64,000 nucleotides of DNA, taken from the NCBI GenBank assembly GCA_030248215.1, contig JASANG010000932.1:248001-312000 (forward strand). Direction: 5' to 3'. The position numbers and the translations under genes were made by a program. Source of the stretch: Enoplolaimus lenunculus. Taxonomy: Eukaryota. Under the pieces are notes generated by a model. It was not told the origin of the DNA. It saw only the letters and a program-made list of their open reading frames with translations, and did no database searches. This document shows positions 12,103 to 24,947 of the stretch, one piece after another (positions within the stretch are counted from its first letter, which is position 1; each line of letters starts with the position of its first letter).

Positions 12103-12687
12103 GAATAGTAGATGATGCATACTTCAGCAAAAGTATGCAACTGGGTACATTCTGTGTAGAAAAGAATGTACCCGGCACACGTTGCGTTTTTGGCCTATCC
12201 ACGTTTGTTTAGGGGGTACAACCTATGCGAACCATGCCACTTTATGTATCCGGCAACAAATTGCTCCATTTAGTTTATGGTTATTGCATGTGACAGCGAC
12301 CCCATCTAAACAAGGGGTGGTCGGCCAAAAACGCAATGCCCGGTGGTACATTTTGTACCATGCGAAACCCAAAGATTTACATCCTCTTGTATCATGCACT
12401 CTTAGTAGCACCAAGAGTGGATGATGTCCACCTTGCAGAAGAGTGTGTAACTGCTTGGGCTGTGCATGGTACTAAATGTACCAACACGCGTTGCATTTTT
12501 GTTCGACCCCCCTCAATCAGGGGGGTTAAACAAGAGATTAACATAGTATGCTTCAGTACACCTACCCCCCTCATTTAAGGAAGGGTCAGCTAAGGCCAAA
12601 AACGCAACGCGTGCCGGGTACATTCTTTAATACACAGAATGTACCCGGCTGTACACTCTTGTTATAAAGAGTGATCATCCACTCTTG
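12103..12687. mobile_element. Two P-superfamily-like MITEs (family F; CAAGAGTG termini, 7-bp TSD) inserted in a family E TIR
   Basis: GTAGCAC occurs three times (12096-12102, 12405-12411, 12688-12694), flanking elements 12103-12404 and 12412-12687. Confidence 0.85.
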
Positions 12688-13527
12688 GTAGCACCTATCA
12701 CCAGTTGGCGATATTGGGTTTGTAACTTTGAAACCAGCGCATGCTGAAGTTCGAAATTCAGCAAATTGTACGCGTTTCATCTGCCCTGTTTCTGGACCAA
12801 TTTTGAAATCTGCAATTGCAAACGTTCGTCAGTCTATAAACCTACCGCGAACTGATGATAGGTGTTATACGCATTTGAGAATATGGGCCCTAACCTATAC
12901 TTTGTTCCTATTGTCAGTTGGTTTTAGGTTTTGTGACTTTTGTACCAGTTTTGTGGTACAAAATGTACCACCGGAAGTTGCATTTTGGGTCGACCCCCCT
13001 TTATTTAGAGAGTAGGATAATTGATGTTTGAAATGTAGGATGCGCATGCTTTTAAAGTAATAAACGTAGTTAATTTACAACTACAATATTTCAACGGGTA
13101 AAATTTGAAAAAATTGTCAAACTTGACCCCCCCTCCTTTAAATAAAGGGGCAGGAGGCCAAAAACGCAACGTGTGCCAGTTACATTTTTTCCTACACAGA
13201 ATGTATCCAGTTGCACACTCTTGTTACAAAGAGTGATCATCACCTCTTGGTTTAAGTAACTAAACTAACGCCGTAGGTGAATTTTACTTTGAAGAATTTA
13301 AAATTCAAAAATCACCTTTTTACATATTTCATTCAGTAAAATTGTAGGATTTCAATTTAAATGTTGAGTCGCATGTCGCGTCGCGTTTGTTGTCCCGGTT
13401 GTGTGAAAATTAACGGTGATATGAAATACTAAATTGAGTTGAGTTGAAAGAAAAACTGCCCGACGAGCTGCGAGGATTTAGCGTCTACAACGTAGTTGAC
13501 TTTAAACCGCTTTATCTTACATATTTA

Positions 13528-13674
13528 GGCCCATGTAAAGATCAGGGGCGGAACGTTTTTCTGTGGGACTGCAATAGAGTACGCTTAAGCTTTAGACTAA
13601 TTTTTTGCTTAGCTTAGGGTTATGCTTAGGAATATGCTTATAATATTGTTCCGTTCCTGTTTTTACCATTGACC
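13528..13674 (+). mobile_element. TTAGGC-bearing MITE family A
   Basis: Both TIRs present; TSD CATATTTA/CGTATTTA. Confidence 0.85.
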
Positions 13675-13876
13675 CGTATTTAAAAGTTGTTTTGTTGGCG
13701 GATGGTGTTTTTGTCGCTACCGTAAGATGAAAATCACATTTGAAGTTTACTAAACGTTTTTTTAAAGTTGAGTTAAATTTGAATTTTTAAGCTGAGTCCA
13801 GGTTTTCAACGTCAGATTGAACTTCAGTTTAAATTAAGTCAAATTTTAGCTGTTCAGATTTTAGCATTGTGGTTTC

Positions 13877-14356
13877 GGGCCATGTTACTTTTAGCGCCGT
13901 TCCGGTTTCTGATGGGTCTGTAAAAGAGTTATTCTACACTACATTTTTTTGCTTAAGTAGGCTTTGACTTACGCTTAAGAATTCGCTTTTGCAACGCTTA
14001 GGCATAGGCTTAGGAATTCGCTTTTGCAACGCTTACGCTTAGGCTTAGGAATTCGCTTTTGCAACGCTTAAGTAGATTTAGGCTTAGGAATTCGCTTTTG
14101 CAACGCTTAAGTAGGTTTAGGCTTAGGAATTCGCTTTTGCAACGCTTAAGTAGGCTTAGGCTTAGGAATTCGCTTTTGCAACGCTTAAGTAGGTTTAGGC
14201 TTAGGAATTCGCTTTTGCAACGCTTAGGCTTAGGCTTAGGAATTCGGTTTTGCAACGCTTAAGTAGGTTTAGGCTTAGGAATTCGCTTTTGAAACGCTTA
14301 GACTTAGGCATACTCTTTTGCAACGCTTAGGCTTAGGAATTAGCCTTTGCAACGCT
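13877..14356 (+). repeat. Family B MITE with expanded ~39-bp TTAGGC-containing tandem array
   Basis: Left end GGGCCATGTTACTTTTAG, followed by repeats of GGAATTCGCTTTTGCAACGCTTAAGTAGGTTTAGGCTTA. Confidence 0.85.
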
Positions 14357-14569
14357 TTAAATTAAATAATGCAGACAGTAGCTGAAAGTACTTACCGTCT
14401 TAAGTATTTTTTCTTCAATCTTTATAAATTTTAAGATAATAATAAAATACTTAACGCACTATTGAAAAAATCATTTTATCTTACAACTAATTTTTGATAC
14501 GCTTATACTAAGAAAAATTCAGCAAGAGGATTATGAGTTACTTAGGCAGTACTCCTATGGATGTAATTA

Positions 14570-15188
14570 CAGCGATTGTGACATGAATAAACCTAAGAAT
14601 AAGTGTAAGAATAAACCTAAGCGTAACGATAAACCTAAGCCTAAGCGTAAGGATAAACCTAAGCCTAAGCGTAAGGATAAACCTAAGCGTAAGGATACAC
14701 CTAAGCCTAAGCGTAACGATAAACCTAAACCTAAGCGTAAGGATAAACCTAAGCGTAAGGATAAACCTAAGCGTAAGGATAAACCTAAGCCTAAGCGTAA
14801 GGATAAACCTAAGCCTAACGATAAACCTAAGCCTAAGCGTAAGGATAAACCTAAGCCTAACGATAAACCTAAGCCTAAGCGTAAGGATAAACCTAAGCCT
14901 AACGATAAACCTAAGCCTAAGCGTAAGGATAAACCTAAGCCTAACGATAAACCTAAGCCTAAGCGTAAGGATAAACCTAAGCCTAACGATAAACCTAAGC
15001 CTAAGCGTAAGGATAAACCTAAGCCTAACGATAAACCTAAGCCTAAGCGTAAGGATAAACCTAAGCCTAACGATAAACCTAAGCCTAAGCGTAAGGATAA
15101 CCCTCAAGCAAAAAATAAGTGTAAAGCTTAAGCTTACTCTATTGCAGTCCCGCGAAATCACGGTACGCCCGCGATCTGTACATGGGCC
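14570..15188 (-). repeat. Family A MITE with expanded 18/24/42-bp CCTAAG array
   Basis: 42-bp unit GATAAACCTAAGCCTAAGCGTAAGGATAAACCTAAGCCTAAC, ending in the family A terminus ..TCTGTACATGGGCC. Confidence 0.88.
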
Positions 15189-17125
15189 CAAAATACAAAC
15201 AATCGGTGAGTACTTATTTCAAAAATATGCTACCGCTCCGAATAACCCCTGCTGGTAAATAACATTCTTTATGTTATTGTTCAGTTCGCTAATTTCTGTA
15301 CAAGATTTTAATTTTATGAATTCAATTCCGATAATTTGTGATACTTTAAGAAATGTTTAGTGAACTGTAAAATAGTCGATAACCAATCTATAAACGACTG
15401 AAAGTACCTAAGTAGCAGGGAGCAACCGGAAATATAAAATACCGGCAAATTAAAAAATACCGGAACCGGAGTCGAAACTAAAAAACACAAAATTTTTGTT
15501 ACCGAAAAATTCATTTTTAGCGCTATTTTATCGCTTTTGACGGCGTAAACACACTATTTAGGATGCCAATATCCTAAAACAAATGCAGTAGCTGGAAACG
15601 TATGATCAATTATAAAGTATGGCACAAATTGAAAATTTTGGCAATACACGCCTAGACAATTTAAGAAAAATATGTTACAAATATGTCAATTTTTCTTAAA
15701 TTTTCGAATGACAAAAAATTTTCACTACCGAAAATACCGGAAAATTCCGGCGAAAAAATACTCGATTCTTTACCGGAACCGCATTGTGAAAAATACCGCA
15801 TTTCTCTACCGGAACCGGAATTCCGGTTTGCATTTTGCTAAGTGGGTTATAAGTCTACTCGCTGAGAAATTTTGTAACCAAGATATCGAAGGAACGTTAA
15901 AGCGGTGCTGGATTACACCAGCCCTCACACTGGAAATTAGCCGGAGAACGACCAGGGTGGATCATCACCACTGGAAAAATTGTAGCTCCCTAGGAAACGT
16001 TCAACATTGCTTGTAAGTCATCGAAAACACTTGCATGATCCTCCTAAAACTTGTTTAGCCATCCACTAGCAAGGCGAGCTGGTCACGGTCCTGGACTTTA
16101 AGCTAACAATTTTGAATATATCGTTACCCTTTGGGATAGCATGAACCGCTTCCTGTCCAACGATCCAGGTATCAAATAAAATTAGTGGGTTTCGTGGTAT
16201 CCTGGTGCTTCGGCTAATATTTAAAGTAATTTTATTAATATCCGTAAATTAAAATCCGCTTTCAATTAAGCAACTATTTTCACATATATATCCTACTCGC
16301 TTATACAGCGGCAATTACACAAGACTCCTTGTAAAACCACGAAAATGTTCACAGTTTACTATTATTAGATTTTAAGTATACGATAACGGTAGTTAAACCC
16401 GCTTCGAGTTCAGAATTAATAATTTTTAAAACGATTGGCGTCTTTAGTTTTAGTTTTAACTCAACTCAATGTTGAAAGGTTGTAATTCAATCTGAGCTTT
16501 CAACGAAATGATGGTAAGATTTTTGTTAAAATGAGTTCCTTTCAACTCGAAGGAGTCGCCGACAAGTGTAAACGTCTAGCAACGATGAGTCGCAGTTAGT
16601 CGAGTTATGGTTGAGTTGAAAGGAGCACTATTTGTTGCCGCTGGAGTTTATATTCAGATTAAAGGGAATACCGCATTTTTCCGAGCAAAATTAATTGCGA
16701 AATCTTTGAAGTTAAAGATACGTTCATTTTCTTTCTTATTTTAAATTATTTGCTTGTGTTGTAGGTCAACAAAATGAATGGAGGTGAGGCAAAATTAAGT
16801 AGCTAAAATAATGTTTAATTCGCTTACTGTAGGCAAAATATCTGCAAGGTGTTGTTTAATCGTTTTTGGTTTTACGCTTATTTTTTTACGAAATCTCAGC
16901 ATTGTTTTCTTTAAAATTATATACAAAAAGTTAAAACTAATCGCAGCAAACAAATAAAGTTTGTACAACTAGGCAAAATTCTACTACAGAAATTGTCAGA
17001 ACTTCCGGTAAATATTCCGCCGGAGCCGGACGTCGATTTCCCACCGGACGCGGAGACAGACCTTTGGTTGTACCAAGGTAGTAGTTGTATTTGTAATTTG
17101 TAGTTGTTATAATTTGTAGTTGTTA

Positions 17126-17372
17126 CACTGTAAATTCTAATGAGTTGATTAATCCAGCTAGCGAGTTGGTTATTTCTGAATTAATATCAGTAAACATTAA
17201 CTCGCTCTTAGTTGAGTTAATTCTCACTTTGAGTTCACTGACTCTGGATGAGTTGATTAATTAACTCAGAATGTATTGAATCAACTCAAAATTTTGAGTT
17301 CCAATAGTCCTAACTCTGACTGAGCAATTCAACTCATTCTGAGTTAAAATCAACTCACTGAAATTTACAGTG
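17126..17372. mobile_element. CACTG-ended MITE family C (CMC/EnSpm-like), TA TSD
   Basis: TIR CACTGTAAATT(C/T)(C/T)A(A/G)TGAGTTGATT with TA on both sides. Other copies: 30339-31273 (interrupted), 33248-33499, 41952-42408 (interrupted), 47084-47339, 48448-48699, 53236-53491. Confidence 0.88.
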
Positions 17373-17725
17373 TATTGTTGAGAGATAGTTCAACTAGCGC
17401 GATGACGTCAGATAGAATTGTTTGATGAGTTGAAATTATTTTTAGAAAAATTACGAATCTTTCCGGCTGTCGTTCATATTTTGAATTTGAAAAAATACGA
17501 ATATTTAAGTTGAGTTTAACTCAACCAACAGCGATGAGAATTGAGATTTGAATGGGTTGTTGATATGAGTGAAACATTTTGCAGGTTTGCGGGGAACCCG
17601 GCACCGTAAAAGCGCTACCCAGGTGCCATCCCGGTCAACCTTCGTTCAAAATTCATCTCATGGATAATCTCCCCGCACGCCTACTGGGGGAACATTGTCC
17701 ACGAAATTTGAAACAGTTATTGCAA

Positions 17726-17835
17726 GGTAAGTAAGTAAGTAAGGGTTTATTACTGGCGTCGTCAGGCAGCTCAACAGGTCAGATCAGACTTGGTCTGCCA
17801 TTATTTTCCTCCTGCTGATGAGGACAAAGCTTACA
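17726..17835 (-). mobile_element. (TTAC)n-tailed retroposon 3'-end fragment
   Basis: On the minus strand it ends in AATAAA + (TTAC)n. Homologous to 18643-18780 (+) and 30769-30900 (-). Confidence 0.6.
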
Positions 17836-18642
17836 GATATTAGATTCGGCCTGTTACCACCTTAATATGCACCTGATACCCTTATTCTGAGTTTATAATT
17901 ATAATACTAAAATTGGATGATACATACTTCAACAAGAATATGCAACTGGGTATATTCTGCGTAAAAAAGAATGTTGCCGGCACGAGTAGCATTTTTGGCC
18001 AAACCCTCCATATTTAGATGGGGGGACACCCTGTGCGAACAATGGCACTTTATGTATCCGGCATTGAAAAACGGTCTGTTTTTAGTTTAATTTAGCGTTA
18101 TTGCATGGGATAGCGACCCACTCCTCTAAATGACGGGCCAAAACCTCACTGCCCGGTGGTAATTTTGTACCATGCGGAACCCGAAGAGTTACACACTCTT
18201 GTATCATACATTCTTGTAAATACTAATAGCGTTCGCTAATCGCTAGTAGCGTATTTCCCACGCCCCTGACGCTATGCGAGAAAGTCTTGTAATCGTCCTG
18301 TTCGAAAATTTCATTCATTGACCATCTGTTCTTTCTTAAATATTAATAAAAAAGATAATCTTAATATTGAAACATTAACAACAGAACAATTTTACAACTT
18401 TCATTAGCATTTTCTGTTTACAGAAATTTTAATTCAAAGTTGTAGTTTTAATATTATTTTAAGTAAATTTTACCGTTATTACCTTCGGCTGATGTAAAGA
18501 TCAGGTGCGGAACGTTTTTGCTGCGGGCGTGCAATCGAGTATAAGCTTGCTTTTAAACCAGTTGTGCTATTGATTTTGTATTTTCGTTTTTTACCATGGT
18601 ATTTATTGTGGTTTTGCTAATTTTGCTTTTGAATATCTTTTC

Positions 18643-18780
18643 GTATGCGTATAACTGGCAATCGGATTTTAGTAAACTTTGCCCTCATCAGCAGGAGCCG
18701 AATTATGACAGACCAAACCTGATCCGACCTGTTAAGCTGTCTGACGATACCAGTAATAAACACTTAGTTGCTTTTACTTA
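18643..18780 (+). mobile_element. (TTAC)n-tailed retroposon 3'-end fragment
   Basis: Reverse-complement homolog of 30769-30900; AATAAACAC followed by a degenerate TTAC tail. Lies inside a family A-like MITE (~18488-18874). Confidence 0.6.
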
Positions 18781-19078
18781 ATTTTTTGGTTAGGCTTTAG
18801 GTATGTCTTATTGTTACCTTTAGGCTTAGAAATATGCTTACACTACTGTTACGGTAACGCTCTATACATGGGCCTTAGGTTCCAAGCCATGCCTCACGAC
18901 TAGGATCGAAACCAAATCGTATTGTGAATCGGCAGGAGATTAGCCAGTGGGAAGGGAGGGCACAGGGCCATGCGTCCAGTAGTCTTGAAAAAATTCATTT
19001 CTGAATAAATTAAAACTATAATCTCCAGTGCGTTTCATTCGCACACACTAGTTGTTGATGCTTTTCTATTAACTGAAC

Positions 19079-19197
19079 CAAGAGTGGATGATGCATACTA
19101 ACAAAAGTATGCAACTGGGTGTATTCTGTGTAAAAAAATGACATTTTGTACCATGCACAACGCAAAGAGTTGCACACTCTTGTATCATATACTGTTG
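19079..19197. mobile_element. Internally deleted family F (P-like) MITE
   Basis: Perfect 7-bp TSD ACTGAAC. Other copies at ~12940-13251, ~17908-18216, ~20225-20290 and ~49015-49327. Confidence 0.8.
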
Positions 19198-20749
19198 ACT
19201 GAACCGACATTACTTTAGTGGTATATGTACCAAAATTTATTTTCTCACGGGAACACACTTATATCTCTGAAGTATTTGTGTGCTACGCCAAACGAAACTC
19301 CATGGCTGTGGCCATGAGATTCTGTATTCGTTTGCGTAGTAATCGGGTGCACCGTCTGAAATTCTGAACATATCAGTACTCAAGTGAATAAACGTTGAAA
19401 AAAATGAAGGTGTCATACAGCGAATAGGCTTATTTTGACGCTTAAATAATGATTAATAAGTTTAGCCTTGATATGATGAAATTTCTCACGCGTTCGCGTG
19501 TCAACACTGAACGAGTTGAGTACTCCAAGCCGTTTTCATGTTTCTCAGCTTTCGTCAACCATCTGTCTGTCTACTTAGCGTTTATATACCCACCTACATC
19601 GTTGAAAAACTTGACAATATTTCAAATTTTTAACTAATTTTCAGAGTCCTGTGTAAACCAGGCCCATAGCCAAGCTTACCTTGCTAGGGGAGAAGCCTAG
19701 CCAGGGAGGGCACCTTGCTTGTAAGTCATTGAGAACCCTTTAAATGTCCCTTCTTGAAATTTTTTAGGCCCTTCAAGCAAGCCGAGCTGACTACGGGCCT
19801 GAGGGGTACGTTTAATCAGGAGGCACATTCGAGGGTTTTTGTTGACTTGCAATCAAGATCAAAAATTTACTAGGAGAGGTTAAAATTTTTCCAGGAGGGC
19901 AGAGCCCCCTTTGGCTACGGGTCCGGTAACAGCGGAAAACTTTAATCAGTGACGTTAAATGACAAAATTTTCAATAGAGATTTACAGTTATTTTTGATTG
20001 GGCGTTCACTTTAAACATTCGTGCCCTTGAAATACACAAATGCCCCACCCCCCTAATTAATGGATAATAATTAATGAGGGGTCTCATTTTTAGTGACGTC
20101 CCCAATGTTTTATACCTTATTTTGGCTATGGCCACTAGCGGATCCAGCAGGAATCGTACGCCTGCCGTCAGAAAATTTTTTGTGATAAAATGGTAAAGTC
20201 CCTACTTTACAATACAACGCGTTGTACCGTGTACATTTTGTACCATGCGGATCGCCAACAATTACATACTCTTGTATCATGCACTCTTGATACGACATTC
20301 GGATAACCAATCCGATGTTTGCTTTTGCAATTTTGCAATTAAAAGACTAATTCATGCGTCCATTAATACGATTCCGTACTTTATATACCTGGCTTATAAT
20401 CTATTTTCGTTCCTAAAAATCTATTCAAGTATTTTCGCCCACCATTTCACAGACACAAATTCAACAAGCAATTCAAATATAGAGTTCAGTTGAAATTTGA
20501 GTTGAAAATTTGTCGTTTAAATTTGAACAAAAGATTTTCGCTATTTAAAAGGTTAGTTTCTCACGACCTTTGACATCGAGTTTTAGTGTAAAATTGTGCT
20601 CTGTTTTGATGGGATTTTGTTTCATTCGAATTTCTACCATGAACGGAATCGGTTAAGTTGAAATTCTATAACGTTAAGGTAGACAAGTAACTGTAAAGAT
20701 TGGTTGATTAATAATAAGCATATAAATGTATCTTGTACCAAACTCACGG

Positions 20750-20900
20750 TATATAGAGCCATTGTAGCGAAAAGTTTGCACGGTTCCGTAGCGTAGTGGT
20801 TAAAGCAGCGGACCGGTAATCCGTACGTTGTGGGTTTGAGTCCGACCGCATCTGCAGCACAATCTTCGTGAAGGACTCTATATGGTATTTCTTAACTTAG
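20750..20900 (+). mobile_element. tRNA-derived (Thr GGT-like) Pol III cassette with inverted-repeat flanks
   Basis: A box TAGCGTAGTGG, arm CGGA-CCGGTAA-TCCG and B box GGTTTGAGTCC at ~20782-20855. A second copy at ~42085-42228 shares both flanks. Confidence 0.65.
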
Positions 20901-21089
20901 AATTTATTTCTTTTCAATTTCTACTATGAAAGGCGTCGGTTAAGTAGAAATTCTATAATAGGCAGACAAGTAACTCTAAATGTTTAATTAAAATAATAAG
21001 AATTAGTTTCAATTATGTATTAGGTCCTTATCAACGCTGTAGAAGTTAGGCTTTGGTTTTGGCATATGTTTAGCTTTAACTTTGAATAC

Positions 21090-21256
21090 AAGTTTAGGTT
21101 TAGGTTAACAACAACGTTAGGTTTAGGCTAACAACAACTTTAGGCTTTGGCTAACAAAAGCGATAGGCTTAGGCTAACAACAACTTTAGGCTTTGGCTAA
21201 CAACAACTTTAGGCTTTGGCTAACAAAAACTTTAAGCTTAGGCTAATAACAACTTT
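21090..21256. repeat. ~23-bp TTAGGC-containing minisatellite
   Basis: About 7 units of TAGGCTTTGGCTAACAACAACTT, ~300 bp upstream of the LRRN-A ATG. Confidence 0.8.
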
Positions 21257-21568
21257 ATTTTGTGAAATAGTAGATACTTGAACCTAAAAGAAAATAACAC
21301 AAGGTAAAGGTAAAACAGAAATGGGAGCAAAGCTTTGACTTACATCTGAGTGAGAAAGTTTCTATCATACTTTAACGAATTAGTGAAATCAACGTTTTTA
21401 AGCTAAGCTCGTTTTATTTCTAATGCGTCTAAGTTGCATATTCTGGTCTAAAAGTAATCATCGACTCTTCTATTGAAAACTTGTGTTCATATTTTGTAAT
21501 ATTTTTTTATTTTTAGCTTTTAAATCAATTAAACCGTTTTCAGTTCAACTGAACTTAAACATAGAAAT

Positions 21569-24500
21569 ATGAATCTTCTACTCCTGTCATGTTTACTATT
21601 ACAAGCAGCGGTTGCAGCAACTGGAGCCAGATCGAACGTGGATGACGTCATTGAGCCCAATCTCTCTTGGCATCATTCAATTTGCCCCGACGAATGCGTC
21701 TGTTCATTGAAATCGTTAAACGATTTTTCAACTCAACTCAAAACCGTTTCCTGTAACCAACTTGGCACCCAGGACCAATTGTCCAAAATACCACCGGATA
21801 CTGAAGCTCTGATTTTCGCAGGGACAGGCTTGGACGGTAACAAGCATCATCGACTTCCTGCGTTGCCAGCGTTGATGGTTTTGGATTTATCGGATAATTC
21901 GTTTGTCGAAGTCCCAGTTGAAATGTTGAGCAGCGTTTCGAAAAGCGTTCGGATTTTGAATTTGGATCGAAATCGGATTGTTCAACTGACCGAAGGAGAT
22001 TTTGAAGTAAAGTTTTTGTTGCAAATTTTTGTAAAACGTAGAATTTTCGCAAAATTTGAAAACACAACCAGTAACTATCGGTTCAACGGATCGTCCAAGC
22101 AATTCAAATTATCCCTGCAACAGAGGTTACGCCCCAAAATTTTGTGTTAAGATTTAGCATTAAAATTGCGTTTACGTTTCTCGTTGGCTTTATTCGCGAG
22201 ATTTTTTGATTTGGTATTCATATCGGGCGGAGTTTACCGTCAAAATGTTTCAAATCCATACCTGAAAACAGCGAACATGGCAAAATTATACTGCAAATAA
22301 TGCTGAGTCAAATTGACGCTTTCCGAAATAGGCTTTTTCGGACTATACAAGCTGAGTCGAAATTCGACTCCGCCAGAGTCAATTTCGACTCGACTCTTTC
22401 CGAAATAGGCTTTTTCGGACTACACAAGCTGAGTCGAAATTCGACTCCGCCATAGTCAATTTCGACTCGACTCTTTCCGAAATAGGCTTTTTCGGACTAC
22501 ACAAGCTGAGTCAAAATTCGACTCCGCCAGAGGGCAAATTCCACTCACCCAACTCGCTCAGTAAGTCGAATTTGACTCTGGCGGAGTCGAATGTGACTCA
22601 CAATTTGTGTAATCCGCAAAAGCTTATTTTGGAGACAGTCAATTTAACTCACCGTTTTTTCTTGCAGTCTACTGCTAAAAATTGACACTGGAGACAGCGA
22701 AATGTTTTATACACAAAATCGCTGCATATATTTTCTCAAATTTAATATTTTTGAACGAATTTTCAGTTAAAGTCTTAAAAAGTTGGTTACCGAATTCGCG
22801 TTTAATAAATATTTTCTGTCAAAAAGTGTTTCGAAACACAACTGAATTAATAGACTAAATTAAGAATGCTGTCTCGGTATTTTTATGCCCCCCCGTGTGA
22901 ATTAAACAAAGCCTCTGGTATCAATACCATACAACTGACGTATTTTGTCTTAATTTTACCGTATTCGAATTTCAGATGTTTTCAAATTTAAAAGAACTCA
23001 AACTACGCGAGAACCGAATTTCAGCGATATCCGAACGGGCTTTCGTTTCGCTTAATGGTCTCGAGTTCTTGGATCTGTCACACAATCGACTGACTTACGT
23101 TCATCAATCTTGGTGGTCAGCTGCGTCAGGCATCAGCCGATCTTTATACGAGATTCGTCTGTCGCATAATCATCTCAATATTATTCAATCTGGAGCGTTT
23201 GGCCCTCTGACCCGTCTGCTAGCGTTAGATTTATCAGCAAATCAGCTTTTCAAACTCTCGTCCCACGCCTTTGAAGGCCTGCATAACTTAGAATATTTAG
23301 ATCTCAGTTCAAATTCTCTTGGCGGACACCGAACGCTTTTCGAAGCACTGGAACTAGTAGCATTGACGCTAAAATCGTTGGATTTGAGCTTAAATTCAGC
23401 CCTACGCTCCCTGGGACCGGATGCCATCGCCGGGTATCCTCAACTCAAAGACGTTCGGCTCAACGGGTTACCTTCGCTCGCGTTCGTAGACGCGTCAGCT
23501 TTCCGAGATTTACCATCGCTGCTTAGCGTCGAGATACATGATTGTCTGACGCTGTCATACCTCGACCCCCAGGCGTTTGTCAGGGTCCCACGCCTTACCC
23601 ACCTGGCTCTTCATAACAACAACCTTACCGGTTTATCTTCACAGGTTCGTGATGCCCTTGTGGCACTGAACGAAATTTCATTTTATGGCAATCCACTCAA
23701 TTGTGACTGTAGCTCAACTTGGATTAGGCAAACGCTAACGGCAACGTCATCGTCAAGTTCCCACGGCCGCAGGATTCAATTTCGCGAAGCCACCCATATG
23801 ACGTGTGTCTACCCTGAGGCGCACCGGTTCAAACTTTTTACGACCCTCGCCGTTGAAGAATTAAATTCAAACTGCCAACCGAGTCAGCATGCGTTTTTTG
23901 ACCCGGAACTTCGAATTAAAGTTGGCGACGCGATTTCACTTCAATGCCGAGGTTCCGGATCGCCTGCGCCTCAAGTAAGGTGGCAGCTTCCGTCAGGCCG
24001 ATTTCAATCCGACTTTGAAGGCCGAGTCAGCCGTAAAAGCGGACTCAGCCATGACGGCCGACTTGAGATCAACCCAGCCGGTCCTTCGGACTCTGGACTC
24101 TACACATGTGTGGTATGGAACATTTACGGATCTCAACGAGCGTCGTCACTGGTCAAAGTCGATCCTTTGGACGTCACCTTGCTGTCGTCAGATATCACAC
24201 ATTCCAGTGTCACTCTACAATGGCGTGGGTCGGATCGCTCGCGGCATGCGTTTCATATTTTCTATCGTCAGGCTGCCGACCAGATTCAAGATTCAGCGGT
24301 GGACAGCGTATCCGTGCCTCGGTTTGTTGAAGCCGCAAGGGTGACACCAATTATGACCAGCCTTACTCTTACACGCCTCACCCCCAGTTCGCAATATGAA
24401 GTCTGTTTATCTCTTAGTGACAGTTCACAAACAGTTGTTCATCTGAGTTGTGCAAATTTCACCACAGCCCGCGATCCAAGCGAAATCGCTAAACAATCAC

Positions 24501-24811
24501 TACATCTGTGTCTTGCAGTTGCACTTGCGTTGTTGCTAATTGCTTTTGCACTATACGTGCGATACTTCACTGCAATCTGCAATAACAATTTGGGCAACTG
24601 TTTCCTGCGATGTGTAATTTGTTGCAGGCGTAGGGACCGAGATTTCACCGCCACAACGATCGCAACAGCTCCGACTCCAGAAACACAGCACGGACATTTT
24701 AACCCTCAAACGTGGACGCTACCCTCGTCAGAATCTGTCCCTGCCAGTCCGTTGGACTCACCGCCAGCGTATGAAACGATATACCAAAGCAAAGAATTAC
24801 TTTTAGTGTGA
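21569..24811 (+). CDS. LRRN/NLRR-like LRR-Ig-FN3 type I transmembrane protein, paralog A (~757 aa, 2 coding exons)
   Basis: Exon 21569-22006 (donor GAA|gtaaag) joins in phase 0 to exon 22976-24811 (acceptor tttcag). Signal peptide, CPDECVC cap, about 12 LRRs, NPLNCDC cap, Ig (LQCRGSGSPAPQVRW...DSGLYTC), FN3 (LTPSSQYEVC), TM helix and a short tail with PPAY. This architecture matches vertebrate LRRN1-3. Confidence 0.92.
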
Positions 24812-24947
24812 AATTTAACTGGTTCAATACTGCCGTTAGAAGATATTTTAGACTACGACTCTCGAAGATCCTAAAAGAAAAAACTTGGTTACTACAACTT
24901 ACGAACCTGAGTATATTACTTTTGCCTGGTTTTTTGGTCCAAACTGA

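Noticed and set aside
14538..15191. KPKPKRKD-repeat and LRLRFIL-repeat ORFs
   Set aside because: Translations of CCTAAG arrays inside a family A MITE.
20782..20855. Functional tRNA-Thr gene
   Set aside because: Poor acceptor stem, C in place of U33, a mutated B box and a diverged repeat copy with shared flanks.
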